Assembly (NCBI GenBank): GCA_964016885.1
Contig: OZ024743.1
Coordinates: forward strand, 117,800,001 to 117,864,000
DNA from: Eledone cirrhosa
Lineage: Eukaryota
Direction: 5' to 3'
Length of the DNA: 64,000 nucleotides
Within the stretch, counting starts at the first letter, position 1, and each line of letters begins with the position of its first letter. Below, piece after piece: positions 28,362 through 43,591 of this stretch. The notes beneath the pieces are model-generated. The model had not been told where the DNA came from and did no database searches. It saw only the letters and a list, made by a program, of their open reading frames with translations. Both the position numbers and the translations under genes were made by a program.

Positions 28362-28984
28362 TTCGTAAATCTATTAATGTTTTACTCCTAGTGTTAATTC
28401 TAGTTTAGTTTTTCCATTAACTTCCTGCCTATTTTAGACAAAACAGCAGGGGTACAGTGACTTGTTTTCAAATCGTTGGCATGCACAGGATAGCAGAGTT
28501 GGCTACTGCTACCATAACGGATACATGAAAAAATATCTTATTTTCCCAATGTTATTTATTGGAAAATCTCACTGAAGATCCTATACCAATTCTAAGTTGT
28601 TGGAATATGCACTTATTTACATTACTGACACTAACTTTGGCATTTCTGAAACTAGCGCTGGTTTGGGCATATATCAATGTGTTTGAAAGTTTTTATTATT
28701 TGATTTGATTTATTCTTTGATTAATGTTAGTTGTATTACTTTTATCCCTAATTAATTATTGCCACCACACAAGTAAATATGTATGAGGATGCTATATTTC
28801 AGGAATTGATTTCAGTTATCATTGATGTTACAAAGCCATATAAGCCCAAAACCATTTGCGGCAGTGTGATTTCGTAAATCCATTATAACATATGCATGTT
28901 TACATACCTATATTAATATATATAATAATAATATATATGTCTATATATTTATACACATTGATATAATATCATTTATATTATCTA

Positions 28985-29378
28985 TATATATATCTATATA
29001 TGATATTAAGATTGGAAGTCCCATAATTAATTTGAGGCCCGCCACGTCTAATGGTACATGGTTAACAGACAAGCGGATGATGAACCATATCTTGGAGGCA
29101 ATAATTGAGGAGAAAATACATTTATTCCCAAGATTCTTCACTTTTCTTTGTGAGTTGCCGTTCAGATTCTCAAGACTTCAGTTCCTTGTTAGTGCTAGTA
29201 TTACTATGACCATATATATAGCTTAAGGTCAGAATGTTAATGTTGTAGGATTGAATATGAGAGAATCTGTTTTTACCCATGGACAGATATATGTTGGTGG
29301 TTCACGAGTAAATACACCAAGTATTTTGATACTATATGTACGAACGGTAAAATGAAAAGTGTGGTGCATCTTTTTACG
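28985..29378 (+). pseudogene. Helitron PIF1-type helicase C-terminal relic
   Basis: IKIGSPII-NL..NGTWL..HILEAII..FPR; LPFRFSRLQFLV...[31 protein letters not shown]. Confidence 0.8.
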
Positions 29379-29517
29379 TCACAGACACACGCACACCATA
29401 GTCTCGCCTCAAACTGGAAACCAGACAAAGCTCCAGTACAGTCGTTTTGTCTTCTGCCGGTCTTCTCTTGTCATCTGTTTAAGCTAGCGAAGCTGCTGGG
29501 TAACTCAGTTAGTGAGT

Positions 29518-31231
<1,714 letters not shown>

Positions 31232-31504
31232 CTGTGTGTGGGGGGGCGGGTGTAGAAAAGGAGAGCAAGAGAGAGAGTATTGGAATGAGAGAGATGGATA
31301 GATAGATGCATATAAAAAGCACCACCATAAGAACTCATTCATTTTTTGTGCTTGTTTTTCATATTCCTTTTCACGATATTTTAGTTGCCACTGTGATATT
31401 GTTGCTGTTGTTTTCGCCGGTTATAAGTTGAAGGCAAATGACGTTTGAGGAAGTATCGAGAAAGGGGAGTTTATGGGAATGACGCAGACGAAGGGTAATC
31501 GATG

Positions 31505-31605
31505 AAGGAAGAAGAAAGAAAGGAAAGAAGAAGAAGAAGAAGATGAGAAGAAGAAGAAGAAGAAGAAGAAGAAGAAGAAGAAGAAGAAGAAGAAGAAGAA
31601 GAAGA
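31505..31605. repeat. (AAG)n microsatellite
   Basis: Direct observation. Confidence 0.95.
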
Positions 31606-31785
31606 ATGATTTGAAAGAAGGGATGAATTAGAAGACAAATCAAGAAACATTATGAAGAAAAAGGAAAGACACGGAACAAAATAGTGATGCTTTCTATAAA
31701 CTGTATTCCTCGTTCCACTCCTCATTCATTCCGCTTTTTTTCCTTCTTCGTTTCAACTAAAGGCCATATTGGAAAGCGACTCCAT

Positions 31786-31853
<68 letters not shown>

Positions 31854-32080
31854 TCGTTCTCTCTATCACTCGTTTTCTCTCACTCTCTTTCTCACTGTCA
31901 CTCTCTCTATCTCTCTCCCCATCTCTCTCTCTCACTAATACCATCAACCGCCGTCGTTATAGTTCACTAAACGTCTCTCTTTGTATAGTTCTGCTTGAAT
32001 ATTCTTTTTAATTTAGTTTCAATAAAACTATAAAATAGACCTTCCTGAACAGATAAAAATTGCATTTCATTTTTTATACC

Positions 32081-32124
<44 letters not shown>

Positions 32125-32138
32125 TATATATCTATATA

Positions 32139-32242
<104 letters not shown>

Positions 32243-32307
32243 TATGTATATATACATATGTATGTATGTATTTATATATATAGATATATATAAGTGTGTG
32301 TGTGTGC

Positions 32308-32352
<45 letters not shown>

Positions 32353-32632
32353 CATATATATGTGTGTCAGTGTGTGTTTGTGTATGTATATATATGTGTC
32401 TCTGTACATATGTACATATATGCTTATATTTGCGCTCATATAATATCGCCATGTTTACTTTGGTCTTCATTTTTTGTGTTTTGTTTGTTATATACATTTA
32501 AAATTGTTTGGGGTGTATACATTTGTAAAAAAAAAATGCTTTTTCAGCCTGGGTAGTGTTCTTGATGGATGTGTATCTATGTATGTGATTATAGTATAGT
32601 ACAATATAGTATATATGTTTATGTGTGTGTGC

Positions 32633-32818
<186 letters not shown>

Positions 32819-33661
32819 TATATTCATGATATTACGCGAAACAAAAGCGCTGCCTAAGGTTTCAAGGTCCGATATTTGTCATCTCCACAGATTGAAAATA
32901 TCGTTAAAAATATAGCGCGTTAAACGTTTCTTTGTGAAATCGTACTATAACAAACGGAAATAATTCAATGATGTAAAATTGAAATGTCTATGTTAGTATT
33001 CATGTGTTAGTGTTGTAATATGTGGTGGTATGTAATATAACGATGCTTATATCTATTAAGCCCTGGTGTTGAGTGTTACAGAAGTTGTACCGTATTGTGT
33101 AAGTGTAGAAATATTAAACTTATTAAGAAAGTATAGAAATGAATATTAAGGTGGTTGAATTCAAACGAATTCATTTCATTTTTAGCATGTAGACAACCTC
33201 TAAAATTTCGTTCTTAGAGTGCAAGCAATTACTGTTCGCTGACAACACAGCTTGTAATATTCTTATGGTTTTTGTAAGGGGAGACACCACCTCTAGGTTC
33301 ATTTGCTGTCGGGACATTTCGACTACATTCCATACGTTTATATTGGTGAACCTACAGTGTGTGTGAAAAATTGACGTTTTGGAAGCCTCTACAATGCAGA
33401 TGGGTAACACTCCGGGTAACATATTTAGGTGGCAGGAGGAAGAAAGAGAGTAAGGAGGGATAGGAATGGGAAAAGAGATTTAACATTTCGGATTTCACAT
33501 CACTCGTCGGGGAAGCCGAAGGAAAATTGGTGATTCGTCGGAAAAGGATCTACGTAGCTGATTGTAGTTAGTGTCGGAATCAGACTGATTGAAATACGCT
33601 AATGAGTATTCCACAATTACATACGTTTAAATGAAAGTTCCTCGTTTTTCTTTCTCTCTCA

Positions 33662-33755
<94 letters not shown>

Positions 33756-33779
33756 ATATATATATTATATATATACACA

Positions 33780-35429
<1,650 letters not shown>

Positions 35430-35912
35430 TGTGTGTGTCTGTCTGTGTGTGTGTGTGTGTGTTTGTGTGTGTATGTATGTGTGTGTATGTGTGTGTGTGT
35501 GTAAGAGAGAGCGAGAAAAAACATAAGCCCGAAAACGAAATCTACATTTAATGTTGCAAAAACATAATACGTATTTTTTTCACCTAATTAAATTTTTAGT
35601 TCATGACGTAAGTCTTTGACGACATCACCAGATGTAGATTGCAAAGATAAGGTAATTGCTCACAGGATTACAGCAAACAAAAAAAATACAGTTATCCCTA
35701 AACTTTCCAGGGATAACTTTCCAGGGATAAGTTTCCAGGGATAACTTGAACTGTTAAGGTATATCATCCTTGGTCATGTCAAATATTTATAAAACATTTT
35801 GTATTTTATCTGTTGATAGCGTACCAACATTTTTGGTACCCTTGAAATATATATAATAGAATAAATATGGTTTTATAAATATAGCTTCCATTTATTTAAT
35901 ATCAAGTGTATG

Positions 35913-35958
<46 letters not shown>

Positions 35959-35962
<4 letters not shown>

Positions 35963-36352
35963 TTTTGAGTATATGTTGGTTGTATACCAACACCTCACTA
36001 TGCAGCCTGGAGCACTCGATAAAGTGCGCAGGTTGGTTTGGTTACTCCGGAGTAATGTAAAATAAAGTTAAATAAAAAGTAAAATGTTTAAAATTTAGCT
36101 TCTTTTATTACTGCTATATATTTCAGTGACAGCCATCTTTGGCTGTGACCTCTTCAGGCAGTCCGAATTAGTGTGGTATAGACAAGTCCATATGTTGTTC
36201 AGGTGTATAATTTTGTGAATACTCTGATATGCCCAGTTCCTGGTTGGGTTGTTATATCACTGAGGAACTGGAATCATATGATGGCTGTCACTGAAATATA
36301 TAGCAGTAATAAACGAAGCTAAATTTTAAACATCTGACTTTTTATTTAACTT

Positions 36353-36360
<8 letters not shown>
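35959..36360. mobile_element. Short inverted-arm pLTR element with hammerhead
   Basis: ~36058-36137 is the inverse of ~36280-36360; flanked by microsatellites. Confidence 0.7.
36110..36162 (-). ncRNA. Compact type I hammerhead ribozyme
   Basis: Reverse complement: actgc-CTGAAGA-ggtcacagcca-aaga-tggctgtcact-GAAA-tata-TA-gcagt; all stems pair. Confidence 0.8.
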
Positions 36361-36988
<628 letters not shown>

Positions 36989-37945
36989 AGGCTTGGCACT
37001 TGTTGGTATAAGACGTGAATTGTCGTCTCTCTCTCTCCGGATTTGAAATTTTAATATTTTAAATTGACAGTAATCGGATTTATGTATGGTTTTAATTCTT
37101 CAGAGGACAAGGAAAACATACAAAAAAGATAAGTTTTTGTGCTTTGACGCAATTATTTTGAAGTATATTTTACATATATTACCGTTTTGAACATGTTTAT
37201 TTTCACTGTATGATTCATTCATAGGAGACAACACACACACGTGCTTTCTATTTTTGTTTGTCTACCATACGGAGCATTTTGGTTTAACTTAAGCAGATCT
37301 TGTATTAATTTTGATTTTTCTGAGTAACATAATTTAATTTGATATAATCTTGTTTGATTTTGTATAATCTTATCTGTATTTGACCCGATTTCGTTGTTTC
37401 TTGTATGATATGCTGATATTGCAATAACTTCGTGTATTTGTAAACAGACATTTACATCGTGTTTCTATATCACTATGTTTCCGGTTTCTTCCATTCATTA
37501 ATTTAAATTTAAATTTAAAAATTTATTTTTGTATTTGTGAACTGCTGTTGCTCACGTTCTCACGCTGTCTCTATCTCTCTCCTTCCTTCCTTCCTCTCTC
37601 TCTCTCTCTCCCCCTCTCTCTCGATCAACGAGCTCTCTTTCTCCCTCTCTCTAGATCAACGAGCTCTCTCTCTCTCTCTCTCTTTCTCCCTCTCTCTAGA
37701 TCAACGAGCTCTCTCTCTCTCTCTCGCTCTATCTATCTCCTTTCTCTCCCTATGACCCCCCCCCCCCCACTCTTCCCGCTATCTCTCTCGCTCCCCTCTT
37801 CTGTCTCCCCCTTTTCTTTTCTTTTCTTCTGTTTCTCTTTCTTTTTCTCTCGCTGGAGTTATATCTCTATCTCCCTCCCTCACTCTGTCCCTCTCTAACC
37901 TCTACCCTACACCTCCCACTCTCTCTTTCTCCCCTCCACAGCGAA

Positions 37946-38900
37946 ATGGACTGCATGCAGGAGAAATGTGAAATCAGGAGTCAGCGAAACTGGTCGAAGA
38001 TTGAACTAGCGGTTTTGATCAAGGGGTGGACTATGGCTGATGGGTCTCCACCAAGCAAAAAGATGGCGGAGAACCTGAAGAGCCATGGGTTTCTGAGGAC
38101 CCTGGTACAGATAGAGAGAAAGAGAAAAGAAATTGAGAAGGCGTATGTCCTCATAGCGCCTCATATGGCGATGCTAAGCCGTATCCTCAGGGAGGAGAAA
38201 ACCGAAGGGAGGGATGAGGAGAAGGAGAGGGAAAAGGAAGAGGAAAAAGAGGGGGAAAAGGAAAAGGAGGAGAGCACAAACACGGACCTGAAAGAAAATG
38301 ATATACCCTCCGCTACAGGCAGGGAGGGCAGGCCGGGCAACCAACAAGCTAAGGGCAAAGGTGAAAAGCGAAATCACCTTCCGAAGGAGAACCAAGCGCA
38401 GAGGGACCAGTGGACAACTGTTCAAAGAAAGAACAGAAAGCACCGAGACACTGGGAGCAAAAAAACCCCAAGTAATGTGCAAGTTTTTCAAGAACGGGAC
38501 ATGCTGGCATGGAGAGACAGGGATGGGATGCAGATTCGCCCACCCTAGGTCTCAAACGAACTATGCCCATCATACTCGCGCAACATGCCCCAGCCTAAGC
38601 CGAAATAAGCCGCTCCAGAAGTATGCTGAAGTCGCGCGTGCCGCACCAACAAGGAGAAGGCTCGCTCATGCCGACGAGATACAGATGGCAGCAGCAGATC
38701 AGAAAAATTTTTTAGTGATGGCAGAGAAGATTGTGGAACAGCTGACCTGGCTGCATCGTCTCCAGAGCCAGGGTCATCCACACCAGCACTCAAGACCACC
38801 GCAGTTAAGGGACCCAGAGTGGCCGCCGCTGACACCAGACCAGGTGTCATACCGACAGCCATTACTGGCACCCCAAAAGTCACATCAGTGCTGCTGCTGA
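37946..38900 (+). CDS. LINE ORF1: Myb/SANT-like domain + CCCH zinc finger (split by one extra base in A7C4 at 38459-38469)
   Basis: 37946-38548: RNWSKIELAVLIKGW..MAENLKSHGFLRTLVQIERKRKEIEKAY; 38298-38900 frame: CKFFKNGTCWHGETGMGCRFAHP; removing one base joins the two. Confidence 0.7.
38705..38782 (+). promoter_or_regulatory. Candidate programmed -1 ribosomal frameshift signal
   Basis: ORF1-frame codons AAA AAT TTT TTA give A-AAU-UUU and U-UUU-UUA heptamers; the -1 frame is ORF2 and is open; stem tgtgga..tgacctggct / agccagggtca-tccaca downstream. Confidence 0.55.
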
Positions 38901-41860
38901 ATGTCAGAGGCCTGGTGAAACTCAGTAACATGAGTACATTTTCCTACCTGGGAGACTTAGCCATAAGCAATCAAGCACTATGCATGGCACTAACCGAAAC
39001 GCACCTGACAAGCAGTATAGCAGATGCAGAAATACATATACCGAAATATACTGTATTTCGTTCGGACAGGAAGGAGAGAACTCATGGTGGGGTTGCTCTG
39101 TATATCCGTGAAGATGTCACACCAATTGTACTGTTGACACATTCAAACTCAGTCTGTGACACACTGATAATACATATGAAGCAACTACAGACGGTAATAT
39201 GTGTCACATATCGGCCGCCCGATGCCCCCAGTCATGAGGGTAAATTTGAGGATAGCCTAAGTAGGATAGAAGAGGTCCTTGACAAACTGGACCAGGGTCT
39301 CAACATCCTACTGCTGGGAGACTTCAACCTACCAAAGGTCAAATGGCCTGAGGGCCACCTCCTCCCTGGAATGACGTCAATAGAACAGAGACAGACGGAA
39401 TCCCTGCTGGCCCTCACACACAGGCTGTTCATGGAGCAAGCAATACTCCTCCCAACAAGAGGCGAAAATGTCCTGGACCTCTGTTTTACAAACAACGAAG
39501 TGCTCATCCACAATGTAAAGGTGACACCAACAATTCTCTCGGATCATAACTTGGTAGAGCTAATGATATGTGGTCCAAGAGAACCAACAGAGACAAAACC
39601 ACCAAGAAGCTCCGGGACGCTATCCAGCCTTAACTTCTACGGAGCTGACTGGAAGAAGATTAAGAGTGAAATCCGGAAGCAAACATGGAGTGCAAACATC
39701 GCCACACAAGACACTAACACACAATTTCAACACTTCATGACAACGATACACACCATATGCAAAAAGTGTGTCCAGGAGAAAGTGGCAAACAGACACAAAA
39801 ATCTTATTCCCAGAGATAGGAAAATCCTTATGAGACGTAGAACTAAACTCTCAAACCAGTTGAATAGTCAACAAAACCAAAACAAGAAGGAATCCTATTT
39901 GAAACGTGCACTACTTGACACCGAGATTGCACTCAAGCTTTCACATGAGAATGAGAGGGCTAGGAAAGAGAACAGGGCCATAGAAAACATTAAAACAAAC
40001 CCTAAGGCCTTCTTTAAATTTGCAAAAGAAACTGCCTCAGTACACTGCAAGATTGGACCACTCTTCCACACGGACGGTTCATTAACCGAAAATCCCCAAG
40101 AGATATGTGAAATACTGAACGAACAGTACAAAAGTGTCTTCACATGTCCACTGAGGCACATGCAAATAACGAAGCCAGAGGAGTTCTTTGATGTCACAAC
40201 ACTACATCAAGAAATGGCAACCATCAACCACATAGACATAACGGAAGAGGATGTGGTGTACGCCATTGATGAAATTAGAACAGACTCGGCTGCTGGACCT
40301 GGTGGATTCCCAGCAGTTCTCCTAAAAATATGTAAGCGGGCCTTAGCAACTCCACTGAAGATGCTCTTCAGAAGCTCCTTGGCTAGCGGTGTACTACCCA
40401 GGGAGCTGAAAGAAGGCACAATATTCCCTATCCATAAAGGAGGTAGTAGAGCGGAGGCCAAGAACTATAGGCCAGTCTCCCTGACGTCGCATATCAGTAA
40501 GGTCATGGAGCGAGTCGTCAGAAAGAAACTAATCACTTTCCTCGAAGAAAATGACCGCCTGACTAGCACGCAACATGGCTTCCGCCCAGGAAGAAGCTGC
40601 CTTACACAGCTGCTACATCACTACGACTGGGTACTGAGACAGCTACTAGACAGCTCACATGTAGACGTGATATATCTTGACTTTGCGAAGGCCTTTGACA
40701 AGGTCGACCACGGAATGATATGTCACAAACTACACGGACTCGGCATAACTGGAAAAGTAGGTGAGTGGCTGCATGGCTTCCTGAGGGACAGAAGCCAGGC
40801 AGTCGCAGCAAATGGGGCCCTCTCGAGGGAGACACCGATAACAAGTGGGGTGCCTCAGGGGACAGTCCTGGGACCACTACTGTTTTTGGTGGCTCTCTCG
40901 GACATGCCCTCTGTGGTGCATGCAACAACATCCCTCACTAGCTATGCTGATGACACTAAGGTAGCACAGGCAATCAAAAACCCGGCTGACGCTGCCCTCT
41001 TACAGCAGGATCTGGATGCCATATACAGATGGGCGGAAGAAAACAACATGCAGTTTAATGCTGGCAAATTCCAAGCCCTAAAATACAAACCTGCAAACAC
41101 AAACACAAATATAGCGGAACACAGCTACACAGGACCAGGAGGGACCGATATCCCCGTGTCAAAATCGATACGAGACCTGGGCATAGACATGAGCGATGAT
41201 GCATCTTTTTCTTCACACATCATGAGGGTGGCGACAGCATGTAGACGATTCGCTGGCTGGATCTTGAGGACTTTCCTTACAAGAGATCGAGACACCATGT
41301 TGACACTGTGGAGGACTTTTGTCCTAAGCCGCCTGGACTACTGCTCCCAGCTGTGGTCACCCCATAGTGTCAAACTAACCACAGAGCTTGAGGCAATCCA
41401 GCGAAGCTACACCAAGAGGATTGCCAAGATGAGGGAGACAAGCTACTGGGAGAGGCTGAAGGAACTGAACCTCTACTCCTTGGAGCGAAGACGGGAGAGA
41501 TACGCAGTGATCTACATGTGGAAAATCCTGGAGGGACTAGCACCAAACTTTGGCATTGGGAGCTGGACCAACCGTCGAACAGGACGTCACTGTGTGGTGC
41601 CAAAGGTCCCGTCTTCCACATCTAGAATAGGGAGCAGGTATTGCAATAGCCTGGGATTCAAGGGCCCTCAACTCTTCAACAGGCTGCCGAGGCATCTGCG
41701 AGACTTGCATGACGTGGAGGTGGATGTCTTTAAGAAACATCTCGACACCTTGTTATCCCGGATCCCGGATGAGCCCACAGCAAGACACGAGGGAAACCTA
41801 AGGGCAGCAGCAACAAACTCCCTCCTACACCAGTGGCCAACCTATACAGGCTGGAGATAA
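38819..41860 (+). CDS. LINE ORF2: apurinic-like endonuclease + reverse transcriptase
   Basis: APE motifs LLNVRGL, LTETHL, YRPP, GDFNLP, LDL, SDH; RT motifs NYRPVSLTS, QHGFRPGRSC, YLDFAKAFDKV, GVPQGTVLGPLLF, YADD; frame is open from 38630; true start uncertain. Confidence 0.97.
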   Translation: MAAADTRPGVIPTAITGTPKVTSVLLLNVRGLVKLSNMSTFSYLGDLAISNQALCMALTETHLTSSIADAEIHIPKYTVFRSDRKERTHGGVALYIREDVTPIVLLTHSNSVCDTLIIHMKQLQTVICVTYRPPDAPSHEGKFEDSLSRIEEVLDKLDQGLNILLLGDFNLPKVKWPEGHLLPGMTSIEQRQTESLLALTHRLFMEQAILLPTRGENVLDLCFTNNEVLIHNVKVTPTILSDHNLVELMICGPREPTETKPPRSSGTLSSLNFYGADWKKIKSEIRKQTWSANIATQDTNTQFQHFMTTIHTICKKCVQEKVANRHKNLIPRDRKILMRRRTKLSNQLNSQQNQNKKESYLKRALLDTEIALKLSHENERARKENRAIENIKTNPKAFFKFAKETASVHCKIGPLFHTDGSLTENPQEICEILNEQYKSVFTCPLRHMQITKPEEFFDVTTLHQEMATINHIDITEEDVVYAIDEIRTDSAAGPGGFPAVLLKICKRALATPLKMLFRSSLASGVLPRELKEGTIFPIHKGGSRAEAKNYRPVSLTSHISKVMERVVRKKLITFLEENDRLTSTQHGFRPGRSCLTQLLHHYDWVLRQLLDSSHVDVIYLDFAKAFDKVDHGMICHKLHGLGITGKVGEWLHGFLRDRSQAVAANGALSRETPITSGVPQGTVLGPLLFLVALSDMPSVVHATTSLTSYADDTKVAQAIKNPADAALLQQDLDAIYRWAEENNMQFNAGKFQALKYKPANTNTNIAEHSYTGPGGTDIPVSKSIRDLGIDMSDDASFSSHIMRVATACRRFAGWILRTFLTRDRDTMLTLWRTFVLSRLDYCSQLWSPHSVKLTTELEAIQRSYTKRIAKMRETSYWERLKELNLYSLERRRERYAVIYMWKILEGLAPNFGIGSWTNRRTGRHCVVPKVPSSTSRIGSRYCNSLGFKGPQLFNRLPRHLRDLHDVEVDVFKKHLDTLLSRIPDEPTARHEGNLRAAATNSLLHQWPTYTGWR

Positions 41861-41896
41861 AATGTGTAGCAACAAGGGCGGTGCCCCAGCATGGCC

Positions 41897-41941
41897 TCAG
41901 CCGGATGGCTGAAACAGGTAAAAGAGTAAAAGAGTAAAAGA
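41897..41941 (+). other. LINE 3' stem-loop and 8-nt tandem tail
   Basis: tcagcc-ggat-ggctga hairpin, then GTAAAAGA x3 (41918-41941). Confidence 0.8.
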
Positions 41942-41965
41942 GTATGTATATATATATGTATATAG

Positions 41966-42182
41966 TGAAGGCGTGTGGCTGAGTGGGTAGAGAATTGGAT
42001 TCGCAATCGTAAGGTTGTGAGTCCGATTCCTGGACCAGGTGATGCGTTATGTCCTTGAGCAAGACACTTTATTTCACGTTGCTCCTTCTACTTGGAGTTG
42101 CGACCGATATATAGTATTAGCAATTGGAAAGACCAACGGAAACATTGTTCCTCGGTCCGATTTGACGAAAGTCGATTGTCTT
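41966..42182 (+). mobile_element. SINE family A copy
   Basis: Near-identical to 881-1100. Confidence 0.8.
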
Positions 42183-42184
42183 CA

Positions 42185-42260
<76 letters not shown>

Positions 42261-42261
42261 G

Positions 42262-42309
<48 letters not shown>

Positions 42310-42351
42310 ATGATTTTAAAATAAGATGGTATGTGGATAGACATTTGTATA

Positions 42352-42620
42352 AAAAACCGAAGACTTGAGAATACAACGACGCTGGCCAATAAGATCTGGT
42401 AGCTTAAGGACATCAACCAGGAATATGAGATTAGCTGGTCGAAGTTATCGAGTGCAAGGGCCTACAAAAATGGAATGTCCCACTGCGGACTATGCAATAT
42501 GGAGCTGCTCCATATTTTAAAGTATGAGAAAATGCTGCTTAACAACAAGGTAGAGCGAAGAATCGTCTGTAGGCACTAAACAGCCACCAAGTTCTCTAAC
42601 TTCAAACCACAACCGGCATG
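42352..42620 (+). pseudogene. Penelope GIY-YIG C-terminal fragment
   Basis: NTTTLANKIW*LKD..YEISW...ARAY..CGLCNME..LLN..VCRH, homologous to the 6417-6854 region. Confidence 0.75.
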
Positions 42621-42855
42621 ATTCGATCCAGTAATCTCAGAATTCACTCGAAACCACTCGGATTTAAATATACTGGCTTCACACCACTCCACTGACCAAC
42701 GGACCTACTGATCATTAAATCAACATCATGAATCTCCCAACATTTCTTTCACTCTCTCTCTCTATAGCCGCATTAACTCCATTGAGATAAAACAATCAGT
42801 CTACCAGACCATAATCACTCATATATCATCACTGTCTCTTTCACTTTTTATTCTC

Positions 42856-42965
42856 TGGCACAAGGCCAGCAATTATCCCAGTGCATTACTGGTACTTTAT
42901 TTCATCGACGCCGTAAGGATGAAAGACAAAGTTCGGTGGGATTTGAACTCAGACCATAAAAGACC
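42856..42965 (-). mobile_element. Partial SINE family B copy
   Basis: ggcacaaggccagc..ggatttgaactcaga. Confidence 0.7.
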
Positions 42966-43513
42966 GCAACATGAAATATTGTGTGTTGCTCATAGACACA
43001 ATGAAATGCGTGGCCCGCAAACCGAAATCTCAGCCTTACGATCATGACCCGAACATTGCAACTACAAACCGCCGCACACTCACATATATACATACATGTA
43101 TGCATACATACATGTATGCATACATATATGATGGCTGCAAGTAATTCCATCGCTTGATACTTAAGTATAAGTATCACGATTGTGGTGTTGTAGTCCTGCT
43201 AGGGACTTGCCTATGGCTTTGTACACAGCCAATCCCACTCTCTGAACATCGAATGCATTAACCCAAAAAGAAGAACAGGTCTTCATCATTGGATGCAAAC
43301 GAATTTACAGGTTTTATTTCAGATTGACCTTCTCCTAGAGAGATGTCTTAATGAAGACTAGGAGTCTCTCGCTCCACAAAAAAACTCTATTGGATGGCCA
43401 TTAACTCTTCTGAAACTATTACGTAACGTTTATGCGTAGAAATATACGAGACCCCCAGCAGACAACTGATGAAGGAAAACTTTCTCCCATTCATGCTTTC
43501 TTGGTATTTTTAA

Positions 43514-43591
<78 letters not shown>

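Larger units (their letters stand above)
37537..41944 (+). mobile_element. Near full-length CR1-group LINE retrotransposon
   Basis: Pyrimidine-rich leader, ORF1, APE+RT ORF2, short 3' UTR with stem-loop and (GTAAAAGA)3 tail; much higher GC than flanks; 5' boundary uncertain. Confidence 0.9.

Noticed and set aside
38459-38469. A-AAA-AAC as a programmed -1 site within ORF1
   Set aside because: Joining the two ORF1 halves needs +1, not -1, and the heptamer is not in the required phase
38866-38905. CCCCAAAAG as a frameshift site, and TGAATG as stop-start coupling for ORF2
   Set aside because: In the ORF1 frame it reads C-CAA-AAG, which is non-canonical; the ATG after the stop is in the ORF1 frame and closes after five codons
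39232-41740. Antisense ORFs within LINE ORF2
   Set aside because: Expected shadow ORFs of a GC-rich coding strand; no recognisable motifs
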